DNA of 38,122 nt. Source: an uncultured Pseudoalteromonadaceae bacterium. GTDB taxonomy: Bacteria > Pseudomonadota > Gammaproteobacteria > Enterobacterales > Alteromonadaceae. The stretch is taken from the NCBI GenBank assembly GCA_964629005.1, contig CAZVPC010000001.1, forward strand, positions 1 through 38,122, written 5' to 3'. Both the position numbers and the translations under genes were made by a program. Of this stretch, positions 19,722 to 31,435 are shown in pieces. The notes under the pieces are model-generated. The model had not been told where the DNA came from. It did not search any database and saw only the letters and a list, made by a program, of their open reading frames with translations. Numbering within the stretch: the stretch's first letter is position 1; each line of letters begins with the position of its first letter.

Positions 19722-20240
19722 TTGAAAAAATTTATTAAATCTATCGTTATTACCGTCGCTGCTTCAAGTATGTTATTAGCGGGTTCTGTTTTGGCGGCTA
19801 GTCCAAAAATTGCCGTTGTTAATGTTCAAGATGTGATGAGTAAAATTCCTCAAACTCAAGCGATCATGCAAAGTTTGGAAAATGAATTTAAAGACGAAAA
19901 AGCGGCTTTAACTCAATTAGAGAAAGACATTAAGTATTTTCAAGAAAAGAAAAAGCGTGATAGTTCGATTATGAGTAAGAAAGAAATTGAAGAATTGGAC
20001 GCCAAAATTCGTAAAAACTACCTAGAGTATCAAACTAAAGGTAAAGCGTTCCAACAAAAAACCAGTGCTCGTCAAAACGAAGAAACCAACAAAATTTTGG
20101 CTTTAGTTCGTCAAGCAATTGATAATATTGCCGCTAAAGGCAAATACGACTTAATTCTTGAGCAAAAAGCAGTGGTTTTTTCTAAACCTGAAACTGATAT
20201 TTCTGACGAAGTAGTTAAACAAGTAAGTAAATTAAATTAA
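19722..20240 (+). CDS. skp: Periplasmic chaperone Skp (OmpH)
   Basis: 172 aa with a signal peptide and a K/E-rich coiled-coil body. Conserved position between bamA and lpxD. TTG start 6 nt after AGGAG. Confidence 0.9.
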   Translation: MKKFIKSIVITVAASSMLLAGSVLAASPKIAVVNVQDVMSKIPQTQAIMQSLENEFKDEKAALTQLEKDIKYFQEKKKRDSSIMSKKEIEELDAKIRKNYLEYQTKGKAFQQKTSARQNEETNKILALVRQAIDNIAAKGKYDLILEQKAVVFSKPETDISDEVVKQVSKLN

Positions 20241-20275
20241 GTTATTGATCAGCACTTATTTATGAGTACTTACTT

Positions 20276-21370
20276 ATGAGTTATAACCTTGCACAATTAG
20301 CAAAGAAAATTGGTGCGACTGTTCATGGCGATGAAAGCTTTACCATAAACAGTCTTGCTACTTTAGATAGTGCAACAGCCAAGCAGATTGCATTTTTATC
20401 TAATTCTAAATATCGTCAACAACTCGCTTCAACGTCTGCAGGTGCTGTTATTTTAAGTAGCAAGATGTTAGCTGATTGTGCAACCAATGCTTTAGTCATG
20501 GATAACCCTTATTTAGGGTATGCTAAAGTTGCGCAGTTGTTAGATAGCACGCCTAAGTCTGCACGAGGTATACATCCGACTGCTGTTATCGATGCGAGTG
20601 TTGTTTTAGGTGAAAATGTTGCGATTGGCGCGAATGCGGTGATCGAGCAAGGTGTAATACTTGCTGATCATGTGAGTATTGGTGCCGGATGTTTTATAGG
20701 TGAAGACGTTTATATAGGCTCGGGTAGTCAATTGTGGGCCAATGTTTCAATTTATCATCGTGTTAAAATTGGGCAATATTGCTTGATCCAAGCGAATACG
20801 GTGATTGGCTCTGATGGTTTTGGTTATGCGCCTACACCAGATCCAACGGATAGCTATTGGTATAAAATACCGCAATTAGGCGCTGTGGTTATTGGCGATC
20901 GCGTTGAAATTGGTGCTAGTACCACCATAGACAGAGGCGCACTTGCCGATACCATTATTCACGATGGTGTTATTTTAGATAATCAAATCCAAATTGCTCA
21001 CAATGTTGTGATTGGTGAAAATACTGCGATGGCAGCGTGCAGTGTTATTGCCGGCAGTTCTGTTATTGGTAAACATTGTACTATTGCTGGTTTGGTCGGT
21101 ATTAACGGTCACATCAATGTTGCTGATGGTTGTGTTTTTACTGGCATGGCAATGGTGACTAAATCGATTAAAGACACGGGTGTGTATTCGTCGGGTATAC
21201 CTGCTGCACATAACAAAGATTGGCGTAGAACCAATGTTAGGATCAAAAAATTAGATAGCATGTTTGCTCGCATAAAAACATTAGAACAACAATTCGCGAT
21301 GTTTGCAGATAACATGCTTGAAAAGGGTGTATTGGATCAACAATCAGAGCAAATGTTAAAGAAGGAATAA
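20276..21370 (+). CDS. lpxD: UDP-3-O-(3-hydroxyacyl)glucosamine N-acyltransferase
   Basis: Colinear with E. coli LpxD (hexapeptide repeats, [21 protein letters not shown]). C-terminal tail is about 20 aa longer than in E. coli. Confidence 0.96.
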   Translation: MSYNLAQLAKKIGATVHGDESFTINSLATLDSATAKQIAFLSNSKYRQQLASTSAGAVILSSKMLADCATNALVMDNPYLGYAKVAQLLDSTPKSARGIHPTAVIDASVVLGENVAIGANAVIEQGVILADHVSIGAGCFIGEDVYIGSGSQLWANVSIYHRVKIGQYCLIQANTVIGSDGFGYAPTPDPTDSYWYKIPQLGAVVIGDRVEIGASTTIDRGALADTIIHDGVILDNQIQIAHNVVIGENTAMAACSVIAGSSVIGKHCTIAGLVGINGHINVADGCVFTGMAMVTKSIKDTGVYSSGIPAAHNKDWRRTNVRIKKLDSMFARIKTLEQQFAMFADNMLEKGVLDQQSEQMLKKE

Positions 21371-21374
21371 AACA

Positions 21375-21896
21375 TTGGATGCAGCAAAACAAGCACTTAA
21401 TCAAAAAGAAAACCAAAAGAACAGTCCAGAATTGAGTCAACAAACCCAACAAGAACCAAGAGAGATAGGCCTAAAAGAAATCCAGCAACTTATTCCGCAT
21501 CGTTATCCGATGTTATTGGTTGACCGTGTCCTCGATTATCAAGAAGGTGATTGGTTACATGCGATCAAAAATGTCACCTATAATGAGCCTATTTTTACGG
21601 GACATTTCCCTGATTATGCTATTTTCCCAGGTGTCTTAATTCTTGAAGCGATGGCACAAGCTACTGGTATTTTAGGTTTTAAAACTACTAATGATCCTGA
21701 GGTGAAAGAAATGTATCTGTTTGCCTCATTAGATAACGTTCGTTTTAAAAAACCAGTGATCCCTGGTGATACTATGCATCTGCATGTTAAGTTCATTAAA
21801 GAGCGTCGCGGCATGTGGAAATTTTACGGTGAAACCAAAGTCGATGGTAAGGTTGTTTGCAGTGCCGATATAATGTGTGCAAGACGTCCTTTATAA
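21375..21896 (+). CDS. fabZ: 3-hydroxyacyl-ACP dehydratase FabZ
   Basis: [14 protein letters not shown] and [23 protein letters not shown] motifs. TTG start after AAGGA. A Q-rich N-terminal extension of about 20 aa; an alternative TTG lies at 21432. Confidence 0.92.
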   Translation: MDAAKQALNQKENQKNSPELSQQTQQEPREIGLKEIQQLIPHRYPMLLVDRVLDYQEGDWLHAIKNVTYNEPIFTGHFPDYAIFPGVLILEAMAQATGILGFKTTNDPEVKEMYLFASLDNVRFKKPVIPGDTMHLHVKFIKERRGMWKFYGETKVDGKVVCSADIMCARRPL

Positions 21897-21928
21897 TCGA
21901 TTAAACGTAGTAAGTGAGAATTTTTTAA

Positions 21929-22735
21929 GTGAGTTTATCGCAAACCAATATCCATCCACAGGCAAATATTCATGCACAAGCCATCGTTGAAGATGGCGCT
22001 GTTGTCGGAAAAAATACAAAAATAGGTCCTTGGACCTATGTTGCCGCTAATGTTGTTATTGGTGATGATTGCGACATTCATGCGCATGTGGTTATTAACG
22101 GACCAACTACACTTGGTAAAGGCAATAAAATTTTTCAATTCGCTTCTATTGGCGAAGATTGTCAAGATTTGAAATACGCGGGTGAAGCTACTGAGTTGAT
22201 TATCGGCGATAACAATGTTTTTCGTGAATCTTGTACCATCCATCGTGGCACTATCCAAGACAATTCGCTAACGCAAATTGGCAATAATAACTTATTTATG
22301 GCTTATACCCATGTTGCTCATGATTGTGTGGTGGGTGATCATTGTATTTTAGCCAATAATGCCTCTATTGCGGGTCATGTTCATGTTGGCAATCATGCTA
22401 TTTTAGGTGGCATGAGTGGTGTGCATCAATTTTGTCATCTTGGTGAACATTGCTTCATTGCTGCTAATGCCTTAGTTTTAAAAGATGTGCCGCCGTATTT
22501 AATGGCGTCAGGTCAACCTGCTAAACCTTATGGTTTAAATAGTGAAGGTTTGAAACGTCGCGGATTTTCAAAAGAAACGCTGTTAACCATTAAACGTGCT
22601 TACAAATCGGTATTTCGCAGTGGTTTAACGGTTGATGATGTTATTGCTACCCATCAAGAACAATGTCAACAAGTACCTGAACTGGCTAAATTTATACATT
22701 TTATTCAGCACTCTGCTCGTGGCATTATTCGCTAA
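21929..22735 (+). CDS. lpxA: Acyl-ACP--UDP-N-acetylglucosamine O-acyltransferase
   Basis: Colinear with E. coli LpxA (hexapeptide repeats, LNSEGLKRRGFSKE). GTG start. Confidence 0.95.
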   Translation: MSLSQTNIHPQANIHAQAIVEDGAVVGKNTKIGPWTYVAANVVIGDDCDIHAHVVINGPTTLGKGNKIFQFASIGEDCQDLKYAGEATELIIGDNNVFRESCTIHRGTIQDNSLTQIGNNNLFMAYTHVAHDCVVGDHCILANNASIAGHVHVGNHAILGGMSGVHQFCHLGEHCFIAANALVLKDVPPYLMASGQPAKPYGLNSEGLKRRGFSKETLLTIKRAYKSVFRSGLTVDDVIATHQEQCQQVPELAKFIHFIQHSARGIIR

Positions 22736-22753
22736 CGTATTGTAAATATTACC

Positions 22754-23923
22754 GTGAATGATCATCATAAATTGACGTCAAGTCAAAATTTATCACCCAT
22801 TTTTGCCGTCGTTGTTGGCGAACATTCTGGTGATACTTTAGGTGCTGGTTTAATATCAGCACTGCGACAAAAATATCCCCAAGCTAAATTTATCGGTATC
22901 GGTGGCGCTAAAATGAACAAACTTGGCTTTGAAAGTTTGTTTGCTATGGATGAACTCGCGGTAATGGGAATTTTTGAAGTATTAGGGCGTATTCGTCGCT
23001 TATTGCACCTTCGTAAAACCTTAACGCAATATTTTAGCGAAAATAAACCGGATGTTTTTATTGGTATTGATGCGCCCGATTTTAATTTAACGTTAGAACA
23101 TAAATTAAAACAGCAGGGTATTAAAACTGTCCATTATGTTAGCCCGTCTGTTTGGGCTTGGCGAGAAAAACGCATCTTCAAAATTGCCAAAGCCACCAAT
23201 ATGGTATTGTCATTATTACCCTTTGAAAAAGCTTTTTATGATCAACATAAAGTACCTTGTACTTTTGTTGGTCATCCGCTAGCGGATGACATACCTATTT
23301 TTTCAGATAAAAATCAAGCGCGTAGCGAGTTAGGTTTGCCGCAACAAGGTAAGGTTTTAGCCTTGATGCCGGGTAGCCGTGGTGGCGAGTTGTCGCGTTT
23401 GGTCGACCCTTTTTTACGAACGGCGCAGCAACTTTTTACTGAAGATAAAACCCTCACCTTTGTGGTGCCGATGATTTCAGCGAAACGAGCTGAACAGTTT
23501 AAACTATTACAGCAACAATGTGCGCCGCAATTACCGTTAACCATTATTATTAATGATACACAGCAGGTGATTGCGGCGAGTGATTGTTTATTAATGGCTT
23601 CAGGCACGGTGACCTTAGAAGCAGCACTAATTAAGCGACCCATGGTGATCTGTTATAAATTCAATGCTTTTACTTACCATCTATTTAAAGGTTTTGTTAA
23701 AGTAAAGTGGTTTTCATTGCCTAATTTATTAGCTAATAAAACCTTGGTGCCTGAATTATTACAAGCGCAAGTTACTAGTGCTAACATTCTACCATTAGTA
23801 AAAGAACGTCTGTATCACGATCAAACACTGCTTAATGATGCCTTTATGAATATTCATCAGCAACTTAAACAAAATGCTAGCGAGCAAGCTGCAAACGCGG
23901 TGCAGGAGTTGGTAGAAAAATGA
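22754..23923 (+). CDS. lpxB: Lipid-A-disaccharide synthase
   Basis: [17 protein letters not shown]-terminal motif. 389 aa. GTG start; an alternative TTG lies at 22772. Confidence 0.93.
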   Translation: MNDHHKLTSSQNLSPIFAVVVGEHSGDTLGAGLISALRQKYPQAKFIGIGGAKMNKLGFESLFAMDELAVMGIFEVLGRIRRLLHLRKTLTQYFSENKPDVFIGIDAPDFNLTLEHKLKQQGIKTVHYVSPSVWAWREKRIFKIAKATNMVLSLLPFEKAFYDQHKVPCTFVGHPLADDIPIFSDKNQARSELGLPQQGKVLALMPGSRGGELSRLVDPFLRTAQQLFTEDKTLTFVVPMISAKRAEQFKLLQQQCAPQLPLTIIINDTQQVIAASDCLLMASGTVTLEAALIKRPMVICYKFNAFTYHLFKGFVKVKWFSLPNLLANKTLVPELLQAQVTSANILPLVKERLYHDQTLLNDAFMNIHQQLKQNASEQAANAVQELVEK

Positions 23924-24591
23924 CAACAACCAAAGCAACCATTAAAAAAACAACTAAAAGAAACTGCTCTAGTAAGAAAGAGTGGCCTCCGTTTGAATAT
24001 CCCATTGCTTATTGTATTGCGGGTGTTGACGAAGTCGGCCGAGGGCCATTAGTTGGCGATGTGGTAACCGCTGCGGTAATACTCGATTCCGATAACCCGA
24101 TTGATGGTTTGGCAGATTCAAAAAAATTATCAGAAAAAAAACGTATTATCTTAGCTGGAATCATTAAAGAAAAGGCTATCGCTTGGTCAATAGGCAGAGC
24201 CAGCCCTGAAGAAATAGATACCTTGAATATTTTACATGCCACAATGCTTGCCATGCAACGGGCTGTACAAAGTTTGGCTGTTACTCCTGATTTTGTGCTG
24301 GTAGATGGTAATCGTACCCCTATATTTTTAAGCGAGAATGGCAATATAAACGCGCAAGCGGTGGTAAAAGGTGATGATCGCGTTAATGAGATCAGCGCGG
24401 CCTCAATTATTGCTAAAGTTGAACGTGATAATGAAATGATCGCTCTTGATAAATTGTATCCTCAATACGGTTTTGCTCAGCATAAAGGTTACCCAACTAA
24501 ATTGCATTTAGAAAAGATTATTGAACATGGGGTATTAGCTTGTTATCGCCAAAGTTTCAAACCGGTTGCTAGGGTACTTGCCAATGGCTGA
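23920..24591 (+). CDS. rnhB: Ribonuclease HII
   Basis: [23 protein letters not shown] and [10 protein letters not shown] motifs. ATGA overlap with the lpxB stop. K/T-rich N-terminal extension of about 25 aa. Confidence 0.94.
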   Translation: MTTTKATIKKTTKRNCSSKKEWPPFEYPIAYCIAGVDEVGRGPLVGDVVTAAVILDSDNPIDGLADSKKLSEKKRIILAGIIKEKAIAWSIGRASPEEIDTLNILHATMLAMQRAVQSLAVTPDFVLVDGNRTPIFLSENGNINAQAVVKGDDRVNEISAASIIAKVERDNEMIALDKLYPQYGFAQHKGYPTKLHLEKIIEHGVLACYRQSFKPVARVLANG

Positions 24592-27500
24592 ACACGAATT
24601 AGCAAAACAAGAGTTAACCGAGCAAGAGCAGGACGAAACCGTTCATAACCCGCCTAAATTTATTCATCTGCGGGTGCATAGTGATTATTCTATGTGCGAT
24701 GGTTTAAAAAAAGTTAAAGCTATCATCGCTAGAGCTGCTGAATTAAATATGCCTGCGTTAGCATTAACCGATCAAAGTAATCTTTGTGGTTTAGTTAAAT
24801 ATTATCATGCAGCCCATAATGCCGGCATTAAGCCGATTATTGGCTGTGATTTTTGGGTGAAAAGTGATGAATTAGGTGATGAATTATCACGTTTAGTCGT
24901 ACTTGCCAGTAACAATATTGGTTATAAAAATTTAACTGAGCTTATTTCTAAAGCCTATTTACGTGGCCATATTCAAAATAAAGCGGTAATTGATAAACAG
25001 TGGTTAGTTGAATATGCTCCAGGGCTAATTTTGCTGTCGGGTGCTCGCGAAGGAGATATTGGTAAAGCGTTGTTAAAAGGTAATAATCCATTGGTCGATC
25101 AAATGGTGACATTTTATCAACAACACTTTGAAAATAATTATTTTTTAGAGCTTGTGCGCAGCAACCGTGATGATGAAGAAAATTATTTACATCTTGCTGT
25201 TGAATTAGCCCAACATTATCAATTACCGGTAGTTGCCACCAACGAAGTGATGTTTTTATCGCCTGATGATTTTGACGCCCATGAAATTCGTGTTGCTATT
25301 CACGATGGTTTTACGCTTGACGATAAACGTCGGCCAAAACGTTACAGCCCTGAACAGTATCTGCGCAGCGAAACTGAAATGTTGGACTTATTTGCCGATA
25401 TTCCTGAAGCGTTAAGCAATAGTGTTGAAATTGCCAAACGTTGTAATGTGACTGTACGTTTGGGTGAATATGTACTGCCTGATTTTCCCACAGACGGCAT
25501 GGAAATTAATGACTACTTCATTAAAAAATCTGAGTTAGGTTTAGAAAAACGTTTAAAGCAGCTTTTTAATACGGAGGCTGAAAACTTTAGTGAGCTAAGA
25601 AAACCTTACGATGAGCGTTTAGCTATTGAGCTTGAAGTGGTTAATAACATGGGTTTTCCTGGTTATTTCTTGATCGTAATGGAATTTATTCAATGGAGTA
25701 AAGACTATAATATTCCAGTTGGCCCTGGACGTGGCTCGGGTGCAGGTTCATTAATTGCTTATGCCCTTGATATTACCGATCTTGATCCGCTTGAATTTGA
25801 TTTATTATTCGAACGTTTTTTGAATCCTGAGCGGGTATCCATGCCAGATTTTGATATCGATTTTTGCATGGACAGGCGTGATGAAGTGATTGATCATGTT
25901 GCCGAACTTTATGGTCGTGATGCGGTATCGCAAATTATCACCTTTGGTACCATGGCGGCAAAAGCGGTTATTCGCGATGTGGGTCGCGTATTAGGTCATC
26001 CCTATGGCTTTGTTGATAGAATTTCAAAATTAGTGCCACCAACACCGGGCATGACGTTAGCCAAAGCGTTTGAAGAAGAGCCTAAGTTACCTGAATTATA
26101 TGCACAAGACTCGGATGTAAAAGATCTCATTGATATGTGCCGCATCTTAGAAGGCACCACACGTAATGCCGGTAAACATGCAGGGGGAGTGGTAATATCC
26201 CCTACCACCATTACTGATTTTGCGCCACTTTATTGTGACGAGGAAGGCAAAAATCCGGTAACCCAATTCGATAAAAATGATGTTGAAGATGCGGGTTTAG
26301 TTAAGTTTGATTTTTTAGGTTTACGTACGCTAACCATATTGCAATGGGCAATAGAAATGGCGGACGAAAAACGGCTAAAAGTGGGAGAGCAGCCGATTGA
26401 TATCACTAAGATCCCACTTGACGATAAAGACAGTTTTAAGCTGTTATTGCGCGCAGAAACCACGGCGGTATTCCAGCTAGAGTCAAGCGGGATGAAATCG
26501 CTTATTGCCAAGTTAAAACCCGATACTTTTGAAGATATTATTGCCTTGGTGGCGTTATTTCGCCCTGGGCCTTTACAATCTGGCATGGTTGATAACTTTA
26601 TCGAGCGTAAGCACGGTCGTGAAAAAGTCAGTTATCCAGATGAAAGATGGCAGCATGAAGATTTAAAGCCTGTGTTAGAACCGACTTACGGCATTATTTT
26701 ATACCAAGAACAAGTGATGCAAATTGCGCAAGTATTAGCGGGTTATTCACTCGGTGGTGCGGATATGTTACGTCGTGCTATGGGTAAGAAAAAACCGGAA
26801 GAAATGGCTAAACAACGTGCGGGCTTTGAACAAGGTGCTATCGACAGAGGTGTTGATGGCGAACTGGCAATGAAAATTTTCGATTTAGTAGAAAAATTTG
26901 CTGGTTATGGTTTTAATAAATCACATTCTGCTGCTTATGCACTGGTTTCATATCAAACATTATGGATGAAAACCCATTTTCCGGCGCCGTTTATGGCAGC
27001 GGTAATGTCAGCGGATATGGATAACACTGATAAAATTGTTACTTTAGTGGATGAATGTAGCAATATGGGCTTAACCTTATTACCGCCTGATGTTAATTCT
27101 GGTTTATACAAATTTACCGTGAATGATGAAAATGAAATTGTTTATGGCATCGGTGCAATTAAAGGTGTTGGTGAAGGGCCTATTGAAGCGATTATTGCTG
27201 CCAGAGAGGAAGGTGGTATTTTCATTGATTTATTCGATTTCTGTGCACGCCTTGATTTAAAGAAAACCAATCGACGGGTATTAGAGCGCTTAATTAAAGC
27301 GGGCGCGATGGATGCGTTGATTGCTAAACAGGGTAAAGAACCACATCGCGCAGCAATGTTTGCCAGTTTAAATGATGCCATAAAAGCGGCTGAACAACAT
27401 GCCAAAGCGCAATCACTTGGGCAAAATGATTTATTTGGTTTGATTAACGATGAACAGCAAGAGAATCGTCAAGCCTATAAAAGTGTGTCGCCATGGCCTG

Positions 27501-28147
27501 AAGAAGTATGGCTAAAGGGTGAGAAAGAAACGTTAGGTTTATATTTAACGGGTCATCCGATCAATCGCTACCTTAACGAAATAAAGCATTATTCTACAGG
27601 GCGTTTGTTAAAATTACAGCCAACCAGCAAAGATAAAACTTCTGTCGCTGTAGGGTTAGTGATCGGCGTGCGAGTTTTGGTTAATAAACGTGGTCGTCGT
27701 TGGGCGCTTGTTACGTTAGATGATAAAAGCGCGCGCATGGACATTCGTTTATTCCCCGATGATTATGATCGCTTTGTAGAACTATTAGTTAATGACGCTA
27801 TTTTGGTTTGTAGCGGACAGGTCAGCTTTGATGATTACTCAGGTGGTATTATAATGACCGCCCGTGATATTATGCCAATTATGCAAGCGCGGGAAAAATA
27901 TGTAAAATCGCTTGATATACGCATAAATAAAGCGAATGTTGCAGAGTGCTTTTTAAACCAATTTAATCAAGTATTGTCTCCACATAAGGAAGGTACTTGT
28001 CTGGTTCGAGTATTTTACCAGCGTGAAGAAGCGCAGGTAATGCTTGAACTCGGTGTGTTATGGCGTATTACACCAGCAGATAGTTTGCTACACGAGTTAA
28101 AGGTGTTACTCGGTGAAAATAATGTCGCCTTACAATTTAACCAGTAA
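24584..28147 (+). CDS. dnaE: DNA polymerase III alpha subunit
   Basis: PHP motif [16 protein letters not shown], then [16 protein letters not shown] and [12 protein letters not shown] 24584 overlaps the rnhB stop by 8 nt, so the ORF-track start at 24566 was trimmed. Confidence 0.96.
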   Translation: MAEHELAKQELTEQEQDETVHNPPKFIHLRVHSDYSMCDGLKKVKAIIARAAELNMPALALTDQSNLCGLVKYYHAAHNAGIKPIIGCDFWVKSDELGDELSRLVVLASNNIGYKNLTELISKAYLRGHIQNKAVIDKQWLVEYAPGLILLSGAREGDIGKALLKGNNPLVDQMVTFYQQHFENNYFLELVRSNRDDEENYLHLAVELAQHYQLPVVATNEVMFLSPDDFDAHEIRVAIHDGFTLDDKRRPKRYSPEQYLRSETEMLDLFADIPEALSNSVEIAKRCNVTVRLGEYVLPDFPTDGMEINDYFIKKSELGLEKRLKQLFNTEAENFSELRKPYDERLAIELEVVNNMGFPGYFLIVMEFIQWSKDYNIPVGPGRGSGAGSLIAYALDITDLDPLEFDLLFERFLNPERVSMPDFDIDFCMDRRDEVIDHVAELYGRDAVSQIITFGTMAAKAVIRDVGRVLGHPYGFVDRISKLVPPTPGMTLAKAFEEEPKLPELYAQDSDVKDLIDMCRILEGTTRNAGKHAGGVVISPTTITDFAPLYCDEEGKNPVTQFDKNDVEDAGLVKFDFLGLRTLTILQWAIEMADEKRLKVGEQPIDITKIPLDDKDSFKLLLRAETTAVFQLESSGMKSLIAKLKPDTFEDIIALVALFRPGPLQSGMVDNFIERKHGREKVSYPDERWQHEDLKPVLEPTYGIILYQEQVMQIAQVLAGYSLGGADMLRRAMGKKKPEEMAKQRAGFEQGAIDRGVDGELAMKIFDLVEKFAGYGFNKSHSAAYALVSYQTLWMKTHFPAPFMAAVMSADMDNTDKIVTLVDECSNMGLTLLPPDVNSGLYKFTVNDENEIVYGIGAIKGVGEGPIEAIIAAREEGGIFIDLFDFCARLDLKKTNRRVLERLIKAGAMDALIAKQGKEPHRAAMFASLNDAIKAAEQHAKAQSLGQNDLFGLINDEQQENRQAYKSVSPWPEEVWLKGEKETLGLYLTGHPINRYLNEIKHYSTGRLLKLQPTSKDKTSVAVGLVIGVRVLVNKRGRRWALVTLDDKSARMDIRLFPDDYDRFVELLVNDAILVCSGQVSFDDYSGGIIMTARDIMPIMQAREKYVKSLDIRINKANVAECFLNQFNQVLSPHKEGTCLVRVFYQREEAQVMLELGVLWRITPADSLLHELKVLLGENNVALQFNQ

Positions 28148-28210
28148 AGAATGATTTAGCCGTTCTAAATAATTGAAGAATAGCTGTAGTCATCATATAG
28201 GTAGAGAATA

Positions 28211-29167
28211 ATGTCGTTAAGTTTTTTAGATTTTGAGCAACCCATTGCTGAATTAAATGCGCAAATTGAAGAATTAGAGTTAGTGAATAAAGGTGAGGAT
28301 TTAAATCTTGATCTTGAAGATCAGATTTCACAACTAAAAGAAAAATGCCAAGAACAAACTAAGAAAATTTTTGCTAATTTAGAACCTTGGCAAGTAGCGC
28401 GAGTGGCGCGCCATCCGCAGCGCCCTTATACCCAAGATTATATCAATCGCATTTTTACTGATTTTGACGAATTATGTGGCGATAGAGCTTATGCTGATGA
28501 TAAAGCCTTAATTGGTGGCACGGCACGTTTAGACGGTAAACCAGTCATGATTATTGGCCATCAAAAAGGCCGGAATACTGCGGAAAAAGTAAAACGTAAT
28601 TTTGGTATGCCGCGTCCAGAAGGTTATCGTAAAGCACTCAGATTAATGGAAATGGCTGAGCGTTTTAATATGCCCATTATTACTTTTATCGATACTCCAG
28701 GTGCTTATCCAGGTATTGGCGCAGAAGAGCGAGGCCAAAGTGAAGCGATTGCACGGAATTTAAAAGTAATGGCGCGTTTAAATGTACCCATTATTTGTAC
28801 TGTAGTGGGCGAGGGTGGCTCTGGTGGGGCATTAGCCATTGGTGTTGGTGATAAAGTAAATATGTTGAAATATTCAACTTATTCAGTAATTTCTCCTGAA
28901 GGTTGTGCGTCTATTTTGTGGAAAACAGCTGAAAAAGCGTCAACTGCAGCAGAAGCTATGGGTATTACGGCACAACGCTTAAAAGAACTTGAGCTAATTG
29001 ACAGTATTATTGAAGAGCCATTAGGTGGTGCACACCGTGATGTCGATCAAATGGCAGCAGAGCTAAAACAAGCGCTCAAAACCGATCTAACGGCGTTAGA
29101 AAGCTTATCTAAAGAAGAGTTAGTTGAAAAACGCTACGATCGTTTAATGTCGTTTGGTTATTGTTAA
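28211..29167 (+). CDS. accA: Acetyl-CoA carboxylase carboxyltransferase alpha subunit
   Basis: [20 protein letters not shown] and [13 protein letters not shown] motifs. 318 aa. Confidence 0.97.
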   Translation: MSLSFLDFEQPIAELNAQIEELELVNKGEDLNLDLEDQISQLKEKCQEQTKKIFANLEPWQVARVARHPQRPYTQDYINRIFTDFDELCGDRAYADDKALIGGTARLDGKPVMIIGHQKGRNTAEKVKRNFGMPRPEGYRKALRLMEMAERFNMPIITFIDTPGAYPGIGAEERGQSEAIARNLKVMARLNVPIICTVVGEGGSGGALAIGVGDKVNMLKYSTYSVISPEGCASILWKTAEKASTAAEAMGITAQRLKELELIDSIIEEPLGGAHRDVDQMAAELKQALKTDLTALESLSKEELVEKRYDRLMSFGYC

Positions 29168-29219
29168 GTGGCTTTGTCGCACTAAAGTACGACCTACAGG
29201 TGATGGTTCCTGAGTAATA

Positions 29220-30638
29220 ATGAATATTATCCAATCAACACTGCTTAACTTTTTGGCTGCTTATCCTAAGCAGCCAATACTTATCGCCTACAGTGGCGGT
29301 ATTGACTCGCAAGTATTGCTTGATTGTCTAGCAACACTCAAAGCAAAGCAACAAATTCAAAATCCACTGCATGTTTGTCATGTAAATCATGGTTTAAGTA
29401 GCAATGCTTTACAGTGGCAGCATTTTGCGCTTGAACAATGTAAATTAAGAAAAATTGAATTAACTGTTTGTGCTGTTAACATTGAACGTGAAAATCAGCA
29501 AAGCTTAGAAGCGCTTGCGCGTGACGCTCGTTACCTTGCCCTACAAAATACCGCTAACAAACTTAGTGAGAAAGATGTTGTGATCATCACTGGGCACCAT
29601 CAAGACGATCAACTTGAAACTTTTTTACTAGCGCTTAAGCGTGGCTCAGGTTTAAAAGGTTTGAGTGCGATGAACGCAGTCTCGCTATTAGGCACACATT
29701 TATTAGCTCGGCCATTACTAAATTGTTCGCGTAGTGATATTGAAGATCATGCTAATGAAAAACAATTAACTTGGATTGAAGATGAGTCGAATTGTGATAC
29801 TCGCTTTGATCGTAATTTTTTACGTCAGGATATTATTCCGTTGCTGAAACAGCGTTGGCCGAGTTTTGCAAAAACGGTAAGTCGTAGTAGTGCGTTATGT
29901 CGCGACGGACAACAATTGGTTGATGAATTAGCACAACAAGACTTAAAATATTGTGTTTTGGTTAATGAAAAAATAACGGAACCTGCTTTGAAGGTTGCTG
30001 AATTGGTTCAACTTTCAACAACACGTTTTAATAATCTACTTCGTTATTTTATTGAATTACATGGTTATTTAATGCCAAGCTCTGCACAATTACAGCAAGT
30101 TCAACAACAATTAGTCGCCGCTGCTGACAAATCACCTCATGTTAATCTTGGTGATTATGGTTTACGTCGTTTTCGAGATGGTTTGTATTTAAGCAAAAAA
30201 ATTGCTGATCTAGATAAATTTTCTGTTCAACTAAATATCAAGCAATTGTTGGGCAATGAAACTCAAGTTGTCGACTTACCGGATCAATTAGGTCAATTAC
30301 AATTCACCTTGATGACCCATGGGTGGGTGGTTGATAATATTAATAAAAAGGTGTCAATGTTTCTTACAGCCCCTAAAGACGGTGAGCAAATTAATATTCA
30401 TTTTAACCATGATAATCCCCGTTGTTTACCTGATTATCGTCAACATCATCGCTCGTTAAAAAAAATATTACAGGAGTTAGATATTGCCCCTTGGCAACGA
30501 AAACGTATTCCGTTTATTTATTATAATGAAGAATTAGTAGCCGCTGTAGGCTACTTTGTATGTCAAAAATTTTCACCTCAAAAAAATCAACAGCAAGATA
30601 TTATTAAAATAACTTGGCAAAAATGTCATCATTGTTAA
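29220..30638 (+). CDS. tilS: tRNA(Ile)-lysidine synthase
   Basis: PP-loop IAYSGGIDSQVLL. 472 aa. Conserved position after accA. Confidence 0.9.
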   Translation: MNIIQSTLLNFLAAYPKQPILIAYSGGIDSQVLLDCLATLKAKQQIQNPLHVCHVNHGLSSNALQWQHFALEQCKLRKIELTVCAVNIERENQQSLEALARDARYLALQNTANKLSEKDVVIITGHHQDDQLETFLLALKRGSGLKGLSAMNAVSLLGTHLLARPLLNCSRSDIEDHANEKQLTWIEDESNCDTRFDRNFLRQDIIPLLKQRWPSFAKTVSRSSALCRDGQQLVDELAQQDLKYCVLVNEKITEPALKVAELVQLSTTRFNNLLRYFIELHGYLMPSSAQLQQVQQQLVAAADKSPHVNLGDYGLRRFRDGLYLSKKIADLDKFSVQLNIKQLLGNETQVVDLPDQLGQLQFTLMTHGWVVDNINKKVSMFLTAPKDGEQINIHFNHDNPRCLPDYRQHHRSLKKILQELDIAPWQRKRIPFIYYNEELVAAVGYFVCQKFSPQKNQQQDIIKITWQKCHHC

Positions 30639-30722
30639 TACCGTGTTGGGTAGTCTTATCATAGAATTCAGCAGTTAATTTTTCGTTTTACTCACAAAAC
30701 TATAATCTATTAATCCTATATT

Positions 30723-30744
30723 TTCAGTTTCAATTCAGTTTGAA
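30723..30744 (+). promoter_or_regulatory. 11-bp tandem direct repeat (TTCAGTTTCAA TTCAGTTTGAA), candidate response-regulator site
   Basis: Two adjacent 11-nt units match at 10/11 and are spaced one helical turn apart. They end 4 nt upstream of a TAAAAT -10 candidate (30749-30754), and there is no good -35. Confidence 0.45.
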
Positions 30745-30789
30745 CCATTAAAATCGCACTCATAAGTTAATTTATTGAGTGAGAGTAAT

Positions 30790-31401
30790 ATGAGTGACAC
30801 CAATATTGCTGAGAACGTCACAGTCATAGCAAAGCAGAACAAAGATGTGTACGTATGGGATCCATTAATTCGCATATTTCATTGGACACTAGTCAGCAGT
30901 TTTTTCATTGCTTATTTCACTGAGGATGAATATATCAATATTCATACTTGGGCTGGTTACACCATTATCAGTTTACTTGCGGTTCGAATTTTATGGGGAT
31001 TCGTTGGTACTCAATATGCCAAATTTTCAGATTTTATTTATTCTTACCGAGAAATAATTGAGTTTATTAAACAGGCCTGCTTATTTAAGGCTAAACGTTA
31101 TTTGGGGCACAACCCAGCTGGTGGCGCAATGATCTTTTTATTAATAGCAAGTCTACTGATTACTACGGTAAGTGGCTTAATTTTATTTGCAATAGAAGAA
31201 GGCCAAGGACCGCTAGCTGTGCTGATCACACCTAGCTGGATTGTTTGGGAAGATTTTTTTGAAGATCTACATGAATTTTTTGCAAATTTAACTTTGCTAC
31301 TTGTTTTTATTCATGTTTTTGGCGTTATCGTGGAAAGTTGGCAACATAAAGAAAATTTAGTTAAAGCGATGGTTACTGGCAAAAAACGCAGCAATAAATA
31401 A
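30790..31401 (+). CDS. Cytochrome b561-family membrane protein
   Basis: VWDPLIRIFHWTLV N-terminal motif, four predicted TM helices with conserved His positions, GHNPAGG loop. Start is ATG 30790 or TTG 30775. Confidence 0.8.
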   Translation: MSDTNIAENVTVIAKQNKDVYVWDPLIRIFHWTLVSSFFIAYFTEDEYINIHTWAGYTIISLLAVRILWGFVGTQYAKFSDFIYSYREIIEFIKQACLFKAKRYLGHNPAGGAMIFLLIASLLITTVSGLILFAIEEGQGPLAVLITPSWIVWEDFFEDLHEFFANLTLLLVFIHVFGVIVESWQHKENLVKAMVTGKKRSNK

Positions 31402-31435
31402 GCTAAATTTACATCCGTTATAATTAGGAAAAAAT

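Noticed and set aside
21947-21982. 18-nt imperfect tandem duplication at the lpxA 5' end, encoding NIHPQA-NIHAQA (14/18 nt identical).
   Set aside because: It is a small in-frame duplication of the first hexapeptide-like turn. It has no alternative start and no functional implication I can support.
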